Assembly: GCA_973851085.1 (NCBI GenBank)
Contig: OZ316776.1
Location: forward strand, 8,866,001 to 8,930,000
DNA from: Ptychomitrium polyphyllum
Taxonomy: Eukaryota
DNA: 64,000 nt
Direction of reading: 5' to 3'
Positions within the stretch are counted from its first letter, which is position 1. The number at the start of each line of letters is the position of its first letter. Below the pieces are notes generated by a model. The model made no database searches, had not been told where the DNA came from, and saw only the letters and a program-made list of their open reading frames with translations. This document shows positions 26,093 through 40,677 of the stretch, piece after piece. The translations under genes were made by a program, and so were the position numbers.

Positions 26093-28188
26093 TTGATTTC
26101 TTCAGACTTTTAGTGTCATTTGTCTCATGACAAACAGTTTACGACCTTACCTCCGGAAGTACTCACATTTTCAGAAGCAAATCCTTGGACCTTGTCTTCC
26201 ATATTCTGGGGATGGTGTGAAGTCTTTTTAGAGCAAAAGAAATTCAGCTCGGAGGAGATGCACAGCGTGAAGGAAAGCGTAATAGAATTTTTTGTGGCTT
26301 CAGCAACTCAATTGTTGAGGTGTGTGAAGAAGAGTTGTAAATGACATTGTGCCTACGTAGTTATTTCGAAGTCTCTAACCCTAGCTGCATTAGTTGGGTC
26401 TTGTTCTCTGCTTGTCGGTGCTAGCGTTGAGGTGCGCCGTTGCCAGGGAGTAAGGGACGTCACCGTGAGGTTCACACAAGTTGTGTACCTACGAGCTTGA
26501 TGTAACCCTGGCCTCTGTAGTTTAGTCAAGTGCTTGAAGAAAGCTTGACACTTGTAGACTAACACTGGATGAAGTTACCTCAGCACTCAACTCTTCTGCT
26601 TTCGACTTGCAAGGGGTTTATTCAAATTATATCAAAAACACAGAGTAGAGAAGGTTTGAATCCATAGGCAGATCATTTCTCAAGTTTAGAGAGCCTGTAA
26701 AGTGTAGCTTAAGTCACTGTGTCTCTCTTGAGTCTCCCTGCACTCCTTCCCTGATGTTAACAGCAACAGAAAATTCTTGTCGTCCGCATCTAGCGACCTG
26801 ATCAAACATTGATTGTATTTCGAATTTCATGATTCTCTCGCCTCAGGGCTTTGGAAACCAGCGTTAATAAATGCATTTATATATGCAGATTCACATGATA
26901 GCATTGTTGATTATTACTTCTTTCTTTTTGAGAACTCAGCATTCTGGCTGTTAAGTAGCTAGTAAACTCAAATTAGGGTTTTGTTTCGGTTGACTCACAT
27001 TGAGAAAGCTTCCTATGTCTGTCGCTGGCAGTGTATTGGTTGTCTTTGTGTCTTTCCTAATGCGGACACCCATTTTGTTGGCTGTTGGAACTCGAGGCGT
27101 TGCTTTTTGTCCGGAGTATATTTGTATGCAGGCTCCAGGAGTATACTTGATTGACAATACGCTCCAGCAAGAAGAAAGGGGTATAATCCTAACTTAAATT
27201 GTTTGCGAGCTGCGAGATTTGAGATGAGGCTGGGGGTTGATGAGAAATCGCTGGAGAAGTGAGGACAAGCAGACACTTATGGAGATATTTTCCAACGGGT
27301 TCAGTTGACAGATATAGTTGTCCTTGCTAGCAGGCCCTCTTAGTATGGCTTATGTATTGTCATAGGGTCCGATAGTGGATTTTTCTTTGTTTTTCAGAGC
27401 CTCGACCATGATCTTATGAATTGAATTTCCTATTTTGGCAACCTATAAACTCGCACATTTCTGCGGAGTTCTTCCATGCGACGTTACTAACTTAGTACGC
27501 TACTCGCAATGTCGAAAAACTTGGCTTCGAATTGTTTGGACGTGGGGTGCTGGGAGCTTTGGGACTCTCCAACCTTAATGATTCCGCGAGCAAATAGCAT
27601 TTACTCAAGCTTTGCTTATTGTGATGCAGTTTGGTTTTGCAAGCTCGAATTATTGCTTCGAGTGAACACGGATATAAAGTAACAGCGTCGATTGCAACTC
27701 TGGTCGACTCTCCATACTTTTTCTTAGGCCGTCGGCAGAATCAAATCCACGTTCTTTGGTTCTGTACGACGAATCTTGGAGCTTATGACGACCCGAAATC
27801 ATCTGTAAGTTTGTTACCTTACCCCTTTCTTTCTTTTCCTTGTACATGCTGTACGCAAAAACTGAAATTCATCAGGGTCAGTGTATGTGCACATTTTTTC
27901 AGGATATAATGTCATTTGTCCTTCGTTGTTAGGTTTTGATACAATGCAAAAGAGCTGAAGGATGGACATATAGAACATTTTTCGAGCTACAGAGTTTTAC
28001 AGTCTATACGTTTCTTTATAGTTTTGTAAGATTGAAACGGGGCACTACTTTTAGATTTTCTTCACTAACTATTTTCTGCTATGAAAGGGCTAGGATAGAG
28101 GATCCAGAGGAAACAGATTCTGCTTCCACGTCGTCCTCAAAACAAGACCAGAGGTCTTCTTTGATAAACCTGAAGTGGAAGAAATGAA

Positions 28189-29344
28189 TTATATCATGGC
28201 AGCTGTGGCAGAGTTCAGGAAGGCCCTCTTCTCTTTCCACCGAGCACCAAACGCCGCTTTGTAAGCACTGTAAGTTTGACCTTGATACAAGAGAGGCTGC
28301 GACTCAGAGATCAACGCTGAAATGGGTGCTATACGAGTGTTGTCCGACGGATTGATGAACGCATTAACAGATACTCGTCCTTGTTCACTGTCAACTATTG
28401 CCCGGTGCACTGGGCTCTGATACTTTCCGTTGCTCAGAATCTGAATTTGATCGCCCAAGTTCACCACCAAGGCGTCCTGGACGGGTTTCACATCCCTCCA
28501 TCCGCCATCTTTCGCCAGTACTTGCAGCCCGAGAGTATCTTGCAAAAGGACAGTAACTATGGAGAAGTCTGAGTGCTCCTTCAATCCCACGGAGACGGTG
28601 GGATCTGCACTTGATGGGTAATGGTTCACCACTAACGTTCGCTCATAGTTTTCCTCAAAAACGTCAGTCATAGCGGACTTTTGCAGGCCAAGGCTTTCCG
28701 AAATTAGCTCCATCATGCACTTGGCGAACTTCTCCACCTCAGCAACATACTCTTCCTCTGTATCCCTGTGGCCATGTCAAAGGACTATGTCAACGAATAT
28801 GGCCTTTAAGGGACTAGTATTGGAAGACTTGCAACTGGAGCAAGCCCTCAAAGTTCTGGGGTGGAAGGAGCGCAATTGCTGACCTGTAAGATGAAGGATT
28901 TCTTGGCCAGACGTTGTAATTCCGCTCCGAGATAGGGGTGATGATGTGACGCAACTGCTCGCCCCATTGAAGGAAAGACTTTCCATACTCTTTCGATGAG
29001 TAGCCTTGTAGCAGAACAGGCTGTGGAGTCGTTTGATTTACCCAGGTGGAGCTGAGCTTGCGCTTCTCCTCGACTGGGAGCAGAAAGAACTCCTTGGCCA
29101 GTTGAAGCATCGTAGTGAGTAGAGCTCTAGGCATGCCATGGTTGGTGACCTGGAAAATGCCCCAGTCCTCACACGCTCGGCTAATCTGTTGGAGCACAAG
29201 ATGACGGCGCTCTCCGTCTACGCCCTGTAGATCTATCACTGGAACAATTTCACATGATTCAACCATGAGGCTGCATAGTACGGCATCGCCAATTGCATCG
29301 AGCTCTTGGGGTGCAGCTGGAAGAGCATGTGCCATAGTGAACAT
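28189..29344 (-). CDS. 2-oxoglutarate/Fe(II)-dependent dioxygenase (DOXC class), 2 exons, intron 28766-28883
   Basis: DIOX_N motifs VPVIDL and ACEDWGIFQVTNHG; NHYP; iron triad HSD...H (HRAIV); RVS 2OG-binding motif. Splicing restores SSYR-DTEEEY in frame. Confidence 0.93.
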
Positions 29345-32231
29345 TCAGGACACACATATAATATTTCGATTTCTTGAAGTTCAATTTATCGGGGTGTCAC
29401 AGCGATGCCAGTGACTGGTGTTAATATGGTGAGGCAGAGTTAGGCAGGTGAGCCTGAGGTCTATGTGTTTGTACCTTGAGGGTCACCAGTTGTACCATTA
29501 AATTTACTATACGGTTGTACACTCAGTACATGAGTCCCAGCCGACGTTTGCAAAGTGTTGTTGCTCTAAAACAATTCATGATTTAGATGAGTTTTGATCT
29601 TTCGGTCACTGTTTCGCAATCATTGGAAGCTTGGTGCACCTAGAAAACGGTGAACACGAGATCATTGACGCACGGCAACGGTGATGGACTCTTCTGATAC
29701 TTTCTTAACAAACTAGGTATTAAGGGCCACCTCACAGCTTAACAACTAGATAGTATGGGCCGCCTTTCACCTAGTCCCTTGAGAGACGGGACAACCAAAT
29801 TGCACTACACGGACACACTTCTTAGGAATGGTAATGACTACCATTACTGTTAGTGTGAGATTTTACATCAATCCTCAACCTAATTCTGGTGGAGACTTGT
29901 TAAACTTGTACAAGAATATAATAATGAAATGTTATCTAAAAACAATATCTTATAACAATAATAATAATGATAATTATCTTAGTTTTTCAAGAATGTCATT
30001 ACATAAAGATTCAATTATTATTTTATTTCATTAATCTGGATACTAATTATCAGTGTAGGCCACTCTACACCTACAATAGAATGATCTGTGAGAATCCACT
30101 TTGTTCTAATTGCGGAAATACTGCGACACATAGTGAGGGCAATAATCGGTGTGGTAATGGGAGTGTGTACAGTGTGTACTGGGTGCGTATCTGCAGTACA
30201 TCCCTAACCTTTGAAGACCATCCTCAACAATCAGACCTGTGAGAGTGAACCTTTTCAGCACATGCTTGTGACTTTGTGATGAACCTCCTTTGAAAAGAAA
30301 ACTTCTTTAGGTTTTTCCTCTATTCGTCTGCAAAGGCCTACTCCTTTCCCAACGAAAGTTCCTGAAGTATTTGTTGCAGAGGTACAGCAGAGGAGTAATT
30401 GCCAACTAAGAGTCCATTAAATGCTCATGAAACACCTACACATGAGAAGAATCGATTGCGTCTCAGTTTCTATTATATCAGATCTTCTAGTCTCGGCCTC
30501 TGATTCTAAGGTGATGAGAAGACTTGGCTTAGGATTTCAGAAACTGGAGCTCAGAAATTATGGTGTTGGGAGTTGACACCAGGGATATAATACAGGAATA
30601 CAATACTTTTGTGTATCAATACTTGTGGAAGCTACCTGTGGTTGTTGCATCGGTAAAATTACTCAGGTCTAAAAGACCCCAACAACCCCCCGCCCGCTTT
30701 CCTCCCCAATTGTGGTTGTTGAGTTTGATGTTAAGACGGTCATCCACAATTCTGCCCCTGATCAATATCAGTACCTAGTAGTTGAACATTGAACCTACTC
30801 TGGTACAGTAGTTCACCTTCTCCGGTACTACGAAGAAAGTTTGACCCCTGAGTGCCATTTGGACCAAAGTGTTCATCTAGACCAAAAGGTTCATCTTTGT
30901 ATTTCATGAGGTCTCAAATGGATCGTTGGAAACTTGTAAAAGGAAGAAAGTTTAGTCTAGATTTTTAGATGCCTGAGTACCCATGAAGTCATTATTTTCA
31001 GTTTGGGAGGTTTAAATTGCTATTTATATTTTAACTTGGACACTAAAGGCGTTTCTGAACCAATTTGAGGATGCAAGCTTGAGGAAGATTCCAGTCATGG
31101 GAGGCGAGATAGAGGGAGTTGGCACAGTTGTTAACCATTTTGGCTTTGTGCCTGCCAAAGTGGATTCCACATAAAGAGCTGCCAAATAAGGCAGCCCACG
31201 ATTCAACTTTATCACCATTCCCATGGCTCCACTGCGGTTATTGCATCCTCTAATGCTATCCGCGCATCCACAGATTCCTTCTCGTTATGTAGCTACACAC
31301 GAATCACTATTATCCTAACTTACTTCTCCCTTCACTGATAAAATCATCCATATCACAGTTTGCGTCGAAACGCGATCTAGATCTCTGCGGACATTTCTCG
31401 TCGTGAAATCCACAGCATAGAAATATCCATTCCATATCACTGTACATTATTTCGCATTTCGTAGATGTTGTCGGTTTTGGGCATAGTGACTGTTTTCGGA
31501 ATGCAGCCCTGTACATGACGAAAGGTCCAACCGCACACGGGCGGCGTGTTGATAACGAGTGATGTAGCAGGAGTTACGAAGACACGATGCCGCTGAACGG
31601 GACGACGAGGATGTCGTTTGGCGCTAGGAGCACACTAAGCCCAACGCGTGCGTATGTGGTGGAGACCTCGTCACTTCCGTACCCCACCGTACCTTCCATT
31701 CGTTTCCATTCGCTTGCCCTGGCCAGGGACGCTTCCGTTTACCACTGCACTGCAAGTGAGTGTCTGATCGCCGCTCAATCCCTACAGAGTTCAGTCCTCC
31801 CCTAGGCTGCAGGTGCGTCCTCCCCGAATGGCCCTGGCGAGCGGCGTGTGTGGGGACCAAGGCCCCAGCTTTATGTTTCATCCTCAACTCCAATAGCCAC
31901 TTTGCAGTGCCATTCCCCTTGCCCCTGCATACCATTCAGAACGCCATTTTCTGCATTTTCCTCCTATCTCAAGCGCCAGAAGACAGAAACGCTGGCCCAG
32001 AGACCAAGGCGAATCGTGGTACTACTAATAGGCAACCACGACCTCGACAGCGCGTCCAAGACTCCAGTTTTTACAAGAGGGGCAGACAATTTTCTACCAG
32101 GTTCTCCATTTTGAATTACATACAGGGAGGTTGTGAGAAGAAGTGATTGTCGGGGTATGTGAGTTGGGAATTAGACAGGGTGGGATTTGCAGTGGATTTG
32201 ACGCAGGAGGGATCAGTGAGCGTCTTTGGAG

Positions 32232-34127
32232 ATGTGGGAGGAGCAGGAGGAGGTGAGGGGAATGCAGCCGGTGGGGATGGTCAGGAGGAGGAGCAGTGCG
32301 GAGGAGAGGAAGGCGTTGGACAGGTCCAGTAGCCCTAGGGAGAAGGCGAAAGAGTTGTGGGGGAGTGTCAAACAACAGCTTGTGGAATTCTCCGCGCTGC
32401 CGGAGTATCTGCGCGACAACAATTATATTCTGGGTCATTACCGTGTGAATTACCCCTTCACACGCGCCCTGCTCTCTGTGTTCTCGATGCACAATGAAAC
32501 ATTTAACATTTGGACGTACGTGCGTTTTCCCCTTTTCTTTGCAAGTAAGAGCTTGTTTTAAATTAAATTTTGCAGGTTTTTTTTTAGTTGTGCATCTTCT
32601 TCTGTGTAGTTATTGTGTTTCCTGCCAGGAACATGGGTATGTTCCTGTGCACCTGCTTGGGAAGATTTTGCTTATTTTGCTTGTTTCTTTGATATGTGCG
32701 AATGGGATGGAATGTTGAAAGATTTGTGACGGTTGTGTGGCAGTCATTTGGTTGGGTTTTTTATTTTTCTGGGGCTGACGATTTACACGGCAACGCATTT
32801 GCCGACCATTGTGGAGCCAATTACTTTTAAGAGATGGCAGTCTGGAATCATGGAGTCACTGCCATCGTATTTGCAGCTGCCGGAAGCTTTTTCCACTTGT
32901 GTCCCTGGCACTTACGACGGCACTCGGTGTATACAGGTGAGCTCCAAGCCTCGCTGCAAGGTCTTTGTGTTTGTTTGGTTATCCTCCCAGACGTGTCTTA
33001 GAGTTTTATCTATTTTTGTGTATATTAACTTATGATTCAGCTGTTAAACATTTTTAGATTCCTGCCGGGTCTGATTCGCTGCTCAAATCAGTCCATGTTA
33101 CGGAGCCTGTAGAAAGCCTGCGTGAGCAAATAAAGAACAGAATGAAACCAGAAGCATTGACACAGGTTTAATACCAAAAGTGACATTGTATGTGATCAAG
33201 TTTGTATGTTATATAATCTTGTGAATACTTAAGACAGATAGTGGACGAAGGTGGAAATGATTTAATCCTGTTGTTGATGATGCAGAGACCCATCACACGT
33301 TGGCCATTCTTCGTGTTCTTAGGTGGTGCAATGTTCTGCTTGTTGGCAAGTGCAACGTGCCATCTGTTCGGCTGCCTTTCTCAGAGATTCTTCTACGCAT
33401 TGATGCGGATGGATTATGCAGGGATTTCAACACTTATAGCTGCATCATTTTACCCACCTGTACGTATTCTAAGCTGCATTAGAGAGTATACAATGCCTGT
33501 GTACATTCTTTAGAGCTGCATTTCCACACAAGAGTCTGATTTGGGGAGGATCAGTGCCAATTTACTCAAAACTACTATTTCGGCTGGAATATTTCGCTCA
33601 ACTTGGTGGTGATAAGCTGAAATTTTTATTTTTATTTTTATGAAATGATATAACGCTGACTCATCTGTGTTTGTGGAATGAGGCAGGTATACTACAGCTT
33701 TATGTGCAACCCCTTTCTGTGTAGGATGTACCTGGGTATAATCACCGCCATGGGGCTCGGCACTATCGTTGCATCTTTGTTACCTGTGTTTCAGAGTGCA
33801 GAATACCGCCCTTTCCGCGCTGCTCTGTTTTTCACCATGGGAATATCTGGAATTATCCCATGCGTGCACAAGATTTTCTTGTATCAAGATGAGCCAATAG
33901 CGTACCAAACGTTGTACATGGAGATCTCTATGGGCATCATGTATGGGTTAGGTGCCCTGATTTATGCTACTCGTATCCCGGAACGATGGAAACCAGGAAC
34001 CTTCGACATCATAGGAAACAGCCATCAGCTATTTCATATTCTGGTTGTGGCGGGGGCTTACACTCACTACCAAGGTGGCTTGCTCTACCTTAAGTGGCGT
34101 GACGTCACAGGCTGTCCCGCATCTTAA
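32232..34127 (+). CDS. PAQR/HlyIII heptahelical transmembrane protein (HHP/AdipoR-like), 4 exons
   Basis: LPEYLRDNNYILGHYR, HNETFNIWT-H, SATCHLF, RMDYAGI, RIPERWKPGTFDIIGNSHQLFH motifs. Confidence 0.94.
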
Positions 34128-36322
34128 GGGATAATTCACAGGACCTGTCAAGTATGAGAGTTACTGGCAGCTCCGAGTTCTCACGAAGGCTTAGACAAGT
34201 GGGAAGCGTCCATCTCATGGAGAATTCTTTAAACAGATGAAGCAGAAAGCATGAAACCGACAGCTAGTGTATATCCTTCCACGTCTCTATGCTTTGCCTT
34301 GTAAATTAGGGATATTGAGAAGTAGCAGTTTCGAAAATTATTGACACTTCATTATTTGCAGTTATACTTTAAAAATTCAATACAGGATTATAGACGTGAT
34401 GGACATGAAGGAATTCTAGTCACTTTCGAAATCCCTAGTCTGTGCATGTTCGTGTGCAGTTGTACACTAGGATTTGTAGAGGTCGAGGTGATGCATCATG
34501 CAGCCTGTGTATACTTTATGTCAAGTAAAAGCTCTTGTTAGCAGTTAAATGCAAGTTGATATTATGGAATAGAAGGTATGATTTGTGCAATATTGTGACG
34601 TGGTATGCTTGTGCAATAGGAAGTTGAGAAGGTACACGAAATCACTAACTTTTGAAGTAACGAGGTGTAAGCTGAGGACATGGGACGCATCATGCTTCAA
34701 CCAGAACTTTGCCCTGCCCAACGTGCGCAAGGCTTTCACATGTTTAAGATGTACCTGTGGCCCTCAAGCGTCACCAGCGACGAAATTAGCTGTGAAATGC
34801 TCCCTCAATGTGCTCATTCACCGAATCAATCTTTACTACTCTTCTCACCACTTTCTATGCTCTAACAAATTCACAAAGCAATCAAAAACAACATAGCATT
34901 TTCAAATAGAAGCTTGACTATCACTTGGACAGTTTGAAATGGTAACTAACCATATATGCTTTGAGAATTTATGCAATAGATGTGTCATTTATTCATGGAT
35001 TTGAAAAGAGGATCACATTCAAATTTTTGTTTGATCTTTTTATCCACAGGGTATTGAAACTGTTACAACAACATTCTGCCAATGGTACAACCGACAAATT
35101 TTCCTGCAGCGACACCTCTCAAAGTCTTCTGGATTCCGATGCTGGCAGGTCTCCTAATATTCGAATAGCAGTTACAAATCTGTCAGTATAGTACTAAGTT
35201 ACGACCAATTTTCGTGCACTAGCGCAAACTCCCCCGGTCAAAGAACAAGTCATCTTTCCTACGCGTCATCTTTCCCTTGACGTGCTGGTGTTATGCAGGA
35301 CGCACGTCTTAAATGCTAAAATCTGAAATTGCTAAGTTGGAGTGGAGAGTACACCAATGAGCATACAACTTAGGTGTGAGCAAATTTTGAAATGCTAGGG
35401 CACCTTCCATTACACTTAATTTTGTTCTAAACCACCACCTCAGGCCTGCAACACCTCAGCATTTATCAGTCTCCTGTACCTCGCCAAAGCGTCAACATTT
35501 ATCCATCATCATTATCTCCATCACCAAAAAATGTTCTCAAGTACCGAGGCTCAAGCTAGCAGATCCTTGCCTCCCGCTTGCAAATGTTGAGTAGGTGTTA
35601 GTTGCAGTCAATGGGAAATGAATCTTAAAATTGATTGTAGTTGAAAATCGAAAAAGAAATTTCTTAGGAACGGATTTAGTGCTACTCCAAGAAAAATGAT
35701 CACCTTTTTAAGACGAACTTCGCTGTTACTCAGATACTGTACCATATAACAAAAGTTGCCAGCAGGATTTTCAAAGACTACATTATGAGAGTCAAAAGTC
35801 GCAAATTCGACTACCAAAGGATGATTCAATGTATGCACTCGGGTCTTATTACTGGAGACCCTGCATCATTGGAGGCTGGGTTTACACTCTTTTAGTCGGC
35901 TGACACAATTGAAATTCCATTTTCACTGCGCAGTTTTCACGAGTAAGAGAACTCGTTCAATTCGGAAGGCAATCCAACCTTCTCCACACATGAGGGGCAA
36001 GAATCTGCCCCCATGAATTGCAAAACAATGAAAACACGAACCTGCCAAATGCAGAAAATTTAATAGGAATAAATTCTGATAAATTTCAGGCAGGTGGTGA
36101 AGGTTTTGTCGTTTTACAGATCACCTACAACCTTCTACTCGTAACCAATGTAAATTACAGGTACCTTAAACTAAAGTCCATGAACTAATCAAAACTTAGT
36201 ACTTGAGGGCAACAAGTGGATCACCTCAATCAATGTACACGAAGTGACTCTCGTCCTCCACCTGCAGCCCGTGAAGATGAATCGACACGACAATACCGGT
36301 ATATGTGTATAATACAATATAG

Positions 36323-39300
36323 TTACGGAATAGATAAAGGCCTCCTTGCAGATTCAAAATGAGAACTTATTTGCATGGTGCCTCCGGCTCTTGGTCCGGA
36401 GTTTCCTCTTGGCAGATTGTAACCTTCAAGATCAACCGCTTTTGATGCTGGCTGAGGCGAAGCTGGTGGTAGTGAATGATCACCGTCGTTCCAATCCACA
36501 GCTTTGAGGTCTGAAAATCCTGCCACTCGCCCTGAAAATCATAATGTGCACATGTATTTTGTCAGAGCAAGATTGGAAGGAAAATCCGTTAAGGCAAGTA
36601 TCAAGAACTGGGGTCTAGGGTTTAATCCTTTTCCTCCGAGGTTATTTTTGACTTAAAAAGGTTAGCACTCAGAAGACAATCGAATTCGCATATGGAATTA
36701 AACTTTAAATTGAGGTTTTCCGACACGTTGTTCATCAACTTGAATTATGCACCTTCTTTGCTGTTTTTAGAATATTATGATATTTTTCGAAATTCTTCGT
36801 GTTCATTTACGTGCGAATCAGCTCTAGAAAGTGCACTGCATTTGATAATACACAGAAATGGACATACCAGGATGGTTTTCGCCGTCACCCTCATCGTCGT
36901 CGGCAGTGTGACTACCGTTCCAATGCCAATGGGCGAGATTAGACTCCCGGGTCGTGCTTTCGAGAACGACAGCGCCCCAGTCTTTCGACCCGGGGGTATT
37001 CTCTTTAGTCCGTCGCCGAGTGTACTCATTTCCAGCTGACAACCCTCCGAAATCTGCTATAGATCGCATGGTCGCCGTGCAGAGAAGCAGCACCAGGACC
37101 ACGTCTTCCTCAGGGGCAACTTCCATAGCCGAGATTTTGAAGTTGAACAGCGCAGATGCTTTTCCTTGCGGTGTGTGGGGGCCATATCGGATGAGTGTCA
37201 CGAAACCCTCATCCTCTGAAGGAGGAGCCCCCGGCACTTCGTACTGCTGCTTGCGACCATTAACAAGGCGAGCTAAGCCAGCTCCTCGGCCAGATGTTTT
37301 TAGAGTGAACTCAAGGTTTCGTTCCCAGTTGAGGTCACTCATCTGCCTCGAAATTATGAGGGTGTCTCCCGTGGAGAGCGCCCAGCTGAGCTTGTACTGC
37401 TCCAGCTCATGAGCCAAGGGTGATGCACTTCCTACAATCTTTTCAGGAGCAATGCCAACGCTGTTGGCAACATAGTTCCAGCCTCCTTGATGGATATTGA
37501 TGACGCGCTCGTTCCAGTCCACGCCGACAGGTCGGTCCCCACTCTTCTTCCATGAGCCCTTGGCCGCCCTGCCATTCCATAGTCAAACATTCCATCACTC
37601 ATTTCTAAGCCAGTTATTCTATCACATTCCACCAGGTACATCACACTTTCGATGTGGTCCTCATGACAGGAGAGGTCACACTTACCGAATGCGAATGACG
37701 AAAATTTCTTTGCCGGCATGGCTGAGGACAGTTCGTGAGACCCACCGGCCGGTTTGTGGTTCCCGACCATGTCTCCTCCGCAATGTCGTGCTGGAGAGCA
37801 TGGCGCCCTGATCGTCCGTCACTCTGTCTGGAACGGATTTCAGCAAGTACGCAGCTTGCACTGGAGGTGTGATAGAAATGTGGAGGCGAATCTGGTGAGG
37901 CTGCTGACGTTCGACCGAGTTGCACCGTTTCTCTCGCAAGGGGAGGACGATCTCATGTGAAAGCATTGACGCCTTCTGAAGATCCTGCCATGTGAGTTTA
38001 GCGCCACCAATGCGTTTCGTTTTCTGAAACGTCCTCATGCAGCCGTCGACGTGGTAACGTAGCTCGAGCATCACCCCTTTCGTCTTGGTCTCACATTGGA
38101 GAACCCATAGTTTCTTCCATTGGGGGTCTTGTGTATAAACAGGAACTACTGGAGTTTCCAGCTTCAGCGCAGTGTAAGCATCTAATGTTCTCAGTCTTAC
38201 GAACAAATTCGCGTTCTCTCTTCCAATTGGCACCATATTCGTAGCACACTTGATCAACACACAAACCTGAGTTGGTTATGCCAGGACCATGATGTCAGTT
38301 GGCATCAACAAAGCATTGGCAAAATTGAAGATGGATTTAAGATTAAGTGAAAGGAATAAGTTGATATGTACCTGCAAGATGTGCCGAGGAGTGAGAACAG
38401 GATACTTGGTGGGATTATGATCTGTAAAGCAAAAGTCCCAAGAGAGAACGGAGGGAGGCTTGTCCAGGTTGCAACTGTTTTTAAGATCTGAAACAGGAGG
38501 GGGCGGTACATTAACTGGCCTTGTGTTGCGGTACATGGAGCCTGCTCTTTCGTACGAGAAGCCAAACGTGCTCTCCCACAGTCTCGCTGTGTCTTCGAAA
38601 GCGTGTCCGACTTTAGTTCCAGGGCCTCCTCTTTCGTAAGTGTCGTCGTGATCCGCCATGAACCCTAATAAGGCTTTCGTATCCTTAGCATATGACATGG
38701 GTGCAAGCTGTACATAACCAGCATGCTGTGGATCAGCTCTCAACCAACACAAACAAGACGCAGAAACATACATGTGGTTGAAGAATCGATGGCAGAGCTG
38801 ATTGAAGGTGGTCATTGCGTAACATTACTATAAGCCTGATAAGGCTGCGTGGGCGAACCTGATGTGCATGCCAGATCAGATCAATATCAAAAGTCGGAAC
38901 GCAGAGGAGTTTCTTTCCTTTTGACTTGTACAATAAATGCAAGAAGCACTTGTATCTCTCCGTCGCAGCTTGCAAGAAACTGTCTTCCCACATATAAGGC
39001 TGCGAAACCTGGAAAATTTCCAAAGTGGGAGACAGCAATTAATGCGCTGAACTGTTATCGAAGATGAGTTTCCGGAAACCAAAAGAGAACCAATAACCCT
39101 TCCTGACAGGGAAACTATAGTATAATTTCATCAAAGAGCACTGTCCTACGTACCACAACCCAAGTCAGCAGCCATGATGAGAAAAACTCTCACGTCTGCT
39201 ATTAGCATCATTCGCAATGTAAGAGAAAGGGACTTCCGTAAAGAGAAGGAAATAATGCTTAGTGATAAAATACTTACATAGTAATAAAAGCTACTTTGCC

Positions 39301-40677
39301 TGGCAACGGCTGCTGTGAGCTCCTCCAAGCCATCAATATCTTCAATAGGACAGATTTGACCAGAAGCACTAACACTTCCTGAGAATTTGGAGAAACTTGA
39401 CAGCATGTCGTAAGGCTCCTTCTGATACACGATTGACCACAACCTCTTACACCTTTCCTGTGCCAAGGTCTCGCTGGCGACGTCCGGAAACAGAGGGCAG
39501 TCGATTATCTTGCCGAACTTCGACATGCAATACTGCCTGTACCCGACCTACAAGGTCCAAAATAATTCTTAGGATTTATAACTTTCATGAAATTCAACGC
39601 AGACATGTGGCAGGCACATTCTATTAGATGATTAGTTCCCCAAATTTTGCTGCAATGAGATAATGAAAGGCTAGGACTGTACACTGACCGGATTCAATCG
39701 ATGGCAGTGCCATATCCATTGTACGTCCACTGGAGGCAAGAAACTTTTCCCCGCAGAGTCGACATTCAACAACGCATCAAATTTCAGAGAATCTGCTACC
39801 AACGGCATCCAAAACTTTTGATACCTGCCAAACAACAGATTTCAAGTCAATCCATAGCACAGTAGATTGTAAACTATTCTCAATCAATTTAAAAGCCGAT
39901 TCCCACTTAGAGCTCAAAGCACCTGAGAAATTAGACAACGCAACCAAATGGATTTAATAACTGGTAAGGAGCATGAACCTGCAAAGCTAGCTGATGAACT
40001 GAAAGTATATAATGACTACATTACCACTCTTTACAGAAACAATGCAGCAATGTAGACTACTTGCTAATATGCATACTCCATTCTATGAATCTAAATCTCT
40101 TTGACCTCAGAAAGGTTAACCATGGGCAACGTCAAAAGGGCAAGGGTTTAGAGAACCAGAGCAATTTTATTTTCAGAAAGGTTTTGAAGAGCTGGTTGCG
40201 AAGACTGGTATAATTGCAAGTTGTATGAACCTTCAGGGCTGACGAAGTTCAGGTCTCCCTTCTAAAATTTGAAATCCCAACTCCTATTTTCAGAATCTCA
40301 AACAACGTCGCGACCGACTCGACGAAATGAAACCGGATGATCAAGATTGTATCACGAAAAACGTAGTCTCATTCTGAGAGTGAAAGAGAAGCTAAAAACC
40401 TGCGAATGGCGCGAAGAACCGCTGGCCCCTTATGCAAGCACGGCAAGCTCTCAATTGTGCGAAGAAATCCCAACTGGCGCTTGGCAGCGAACACGAGATC
40501 CATGCTGAAGCTGATGCGCTGCGCAGCACTGAGCTCCTCCCCGTAGCATCTCTGAATCTCCTCCGCCGTGCGCACTATCGCCAACAGCCCAGGCAATGGC
40601 ACCGCCTCCGACACCGCCAACGGCCCAGAACTCGCAAGCGACAGATCGGAGCACGAATCAGTATCCTCACCCGCCAT
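36323..40677 (-). CDS. DUF1399 / GRDP-like protein, multi-exon
   Basis: DLVFAAKRQLGFLR..LHKGPAVLRAIRRY, LPPVDVQWIWHCHRLNP, AVARQSSFYY, ERYKCFLHL..CVPTFDIDLIWHAHQ, DHDDT, SITPPVQAAYLLK, GRWVSRTVL, HTPQGKASALFNFK. Confidence 0.9.
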
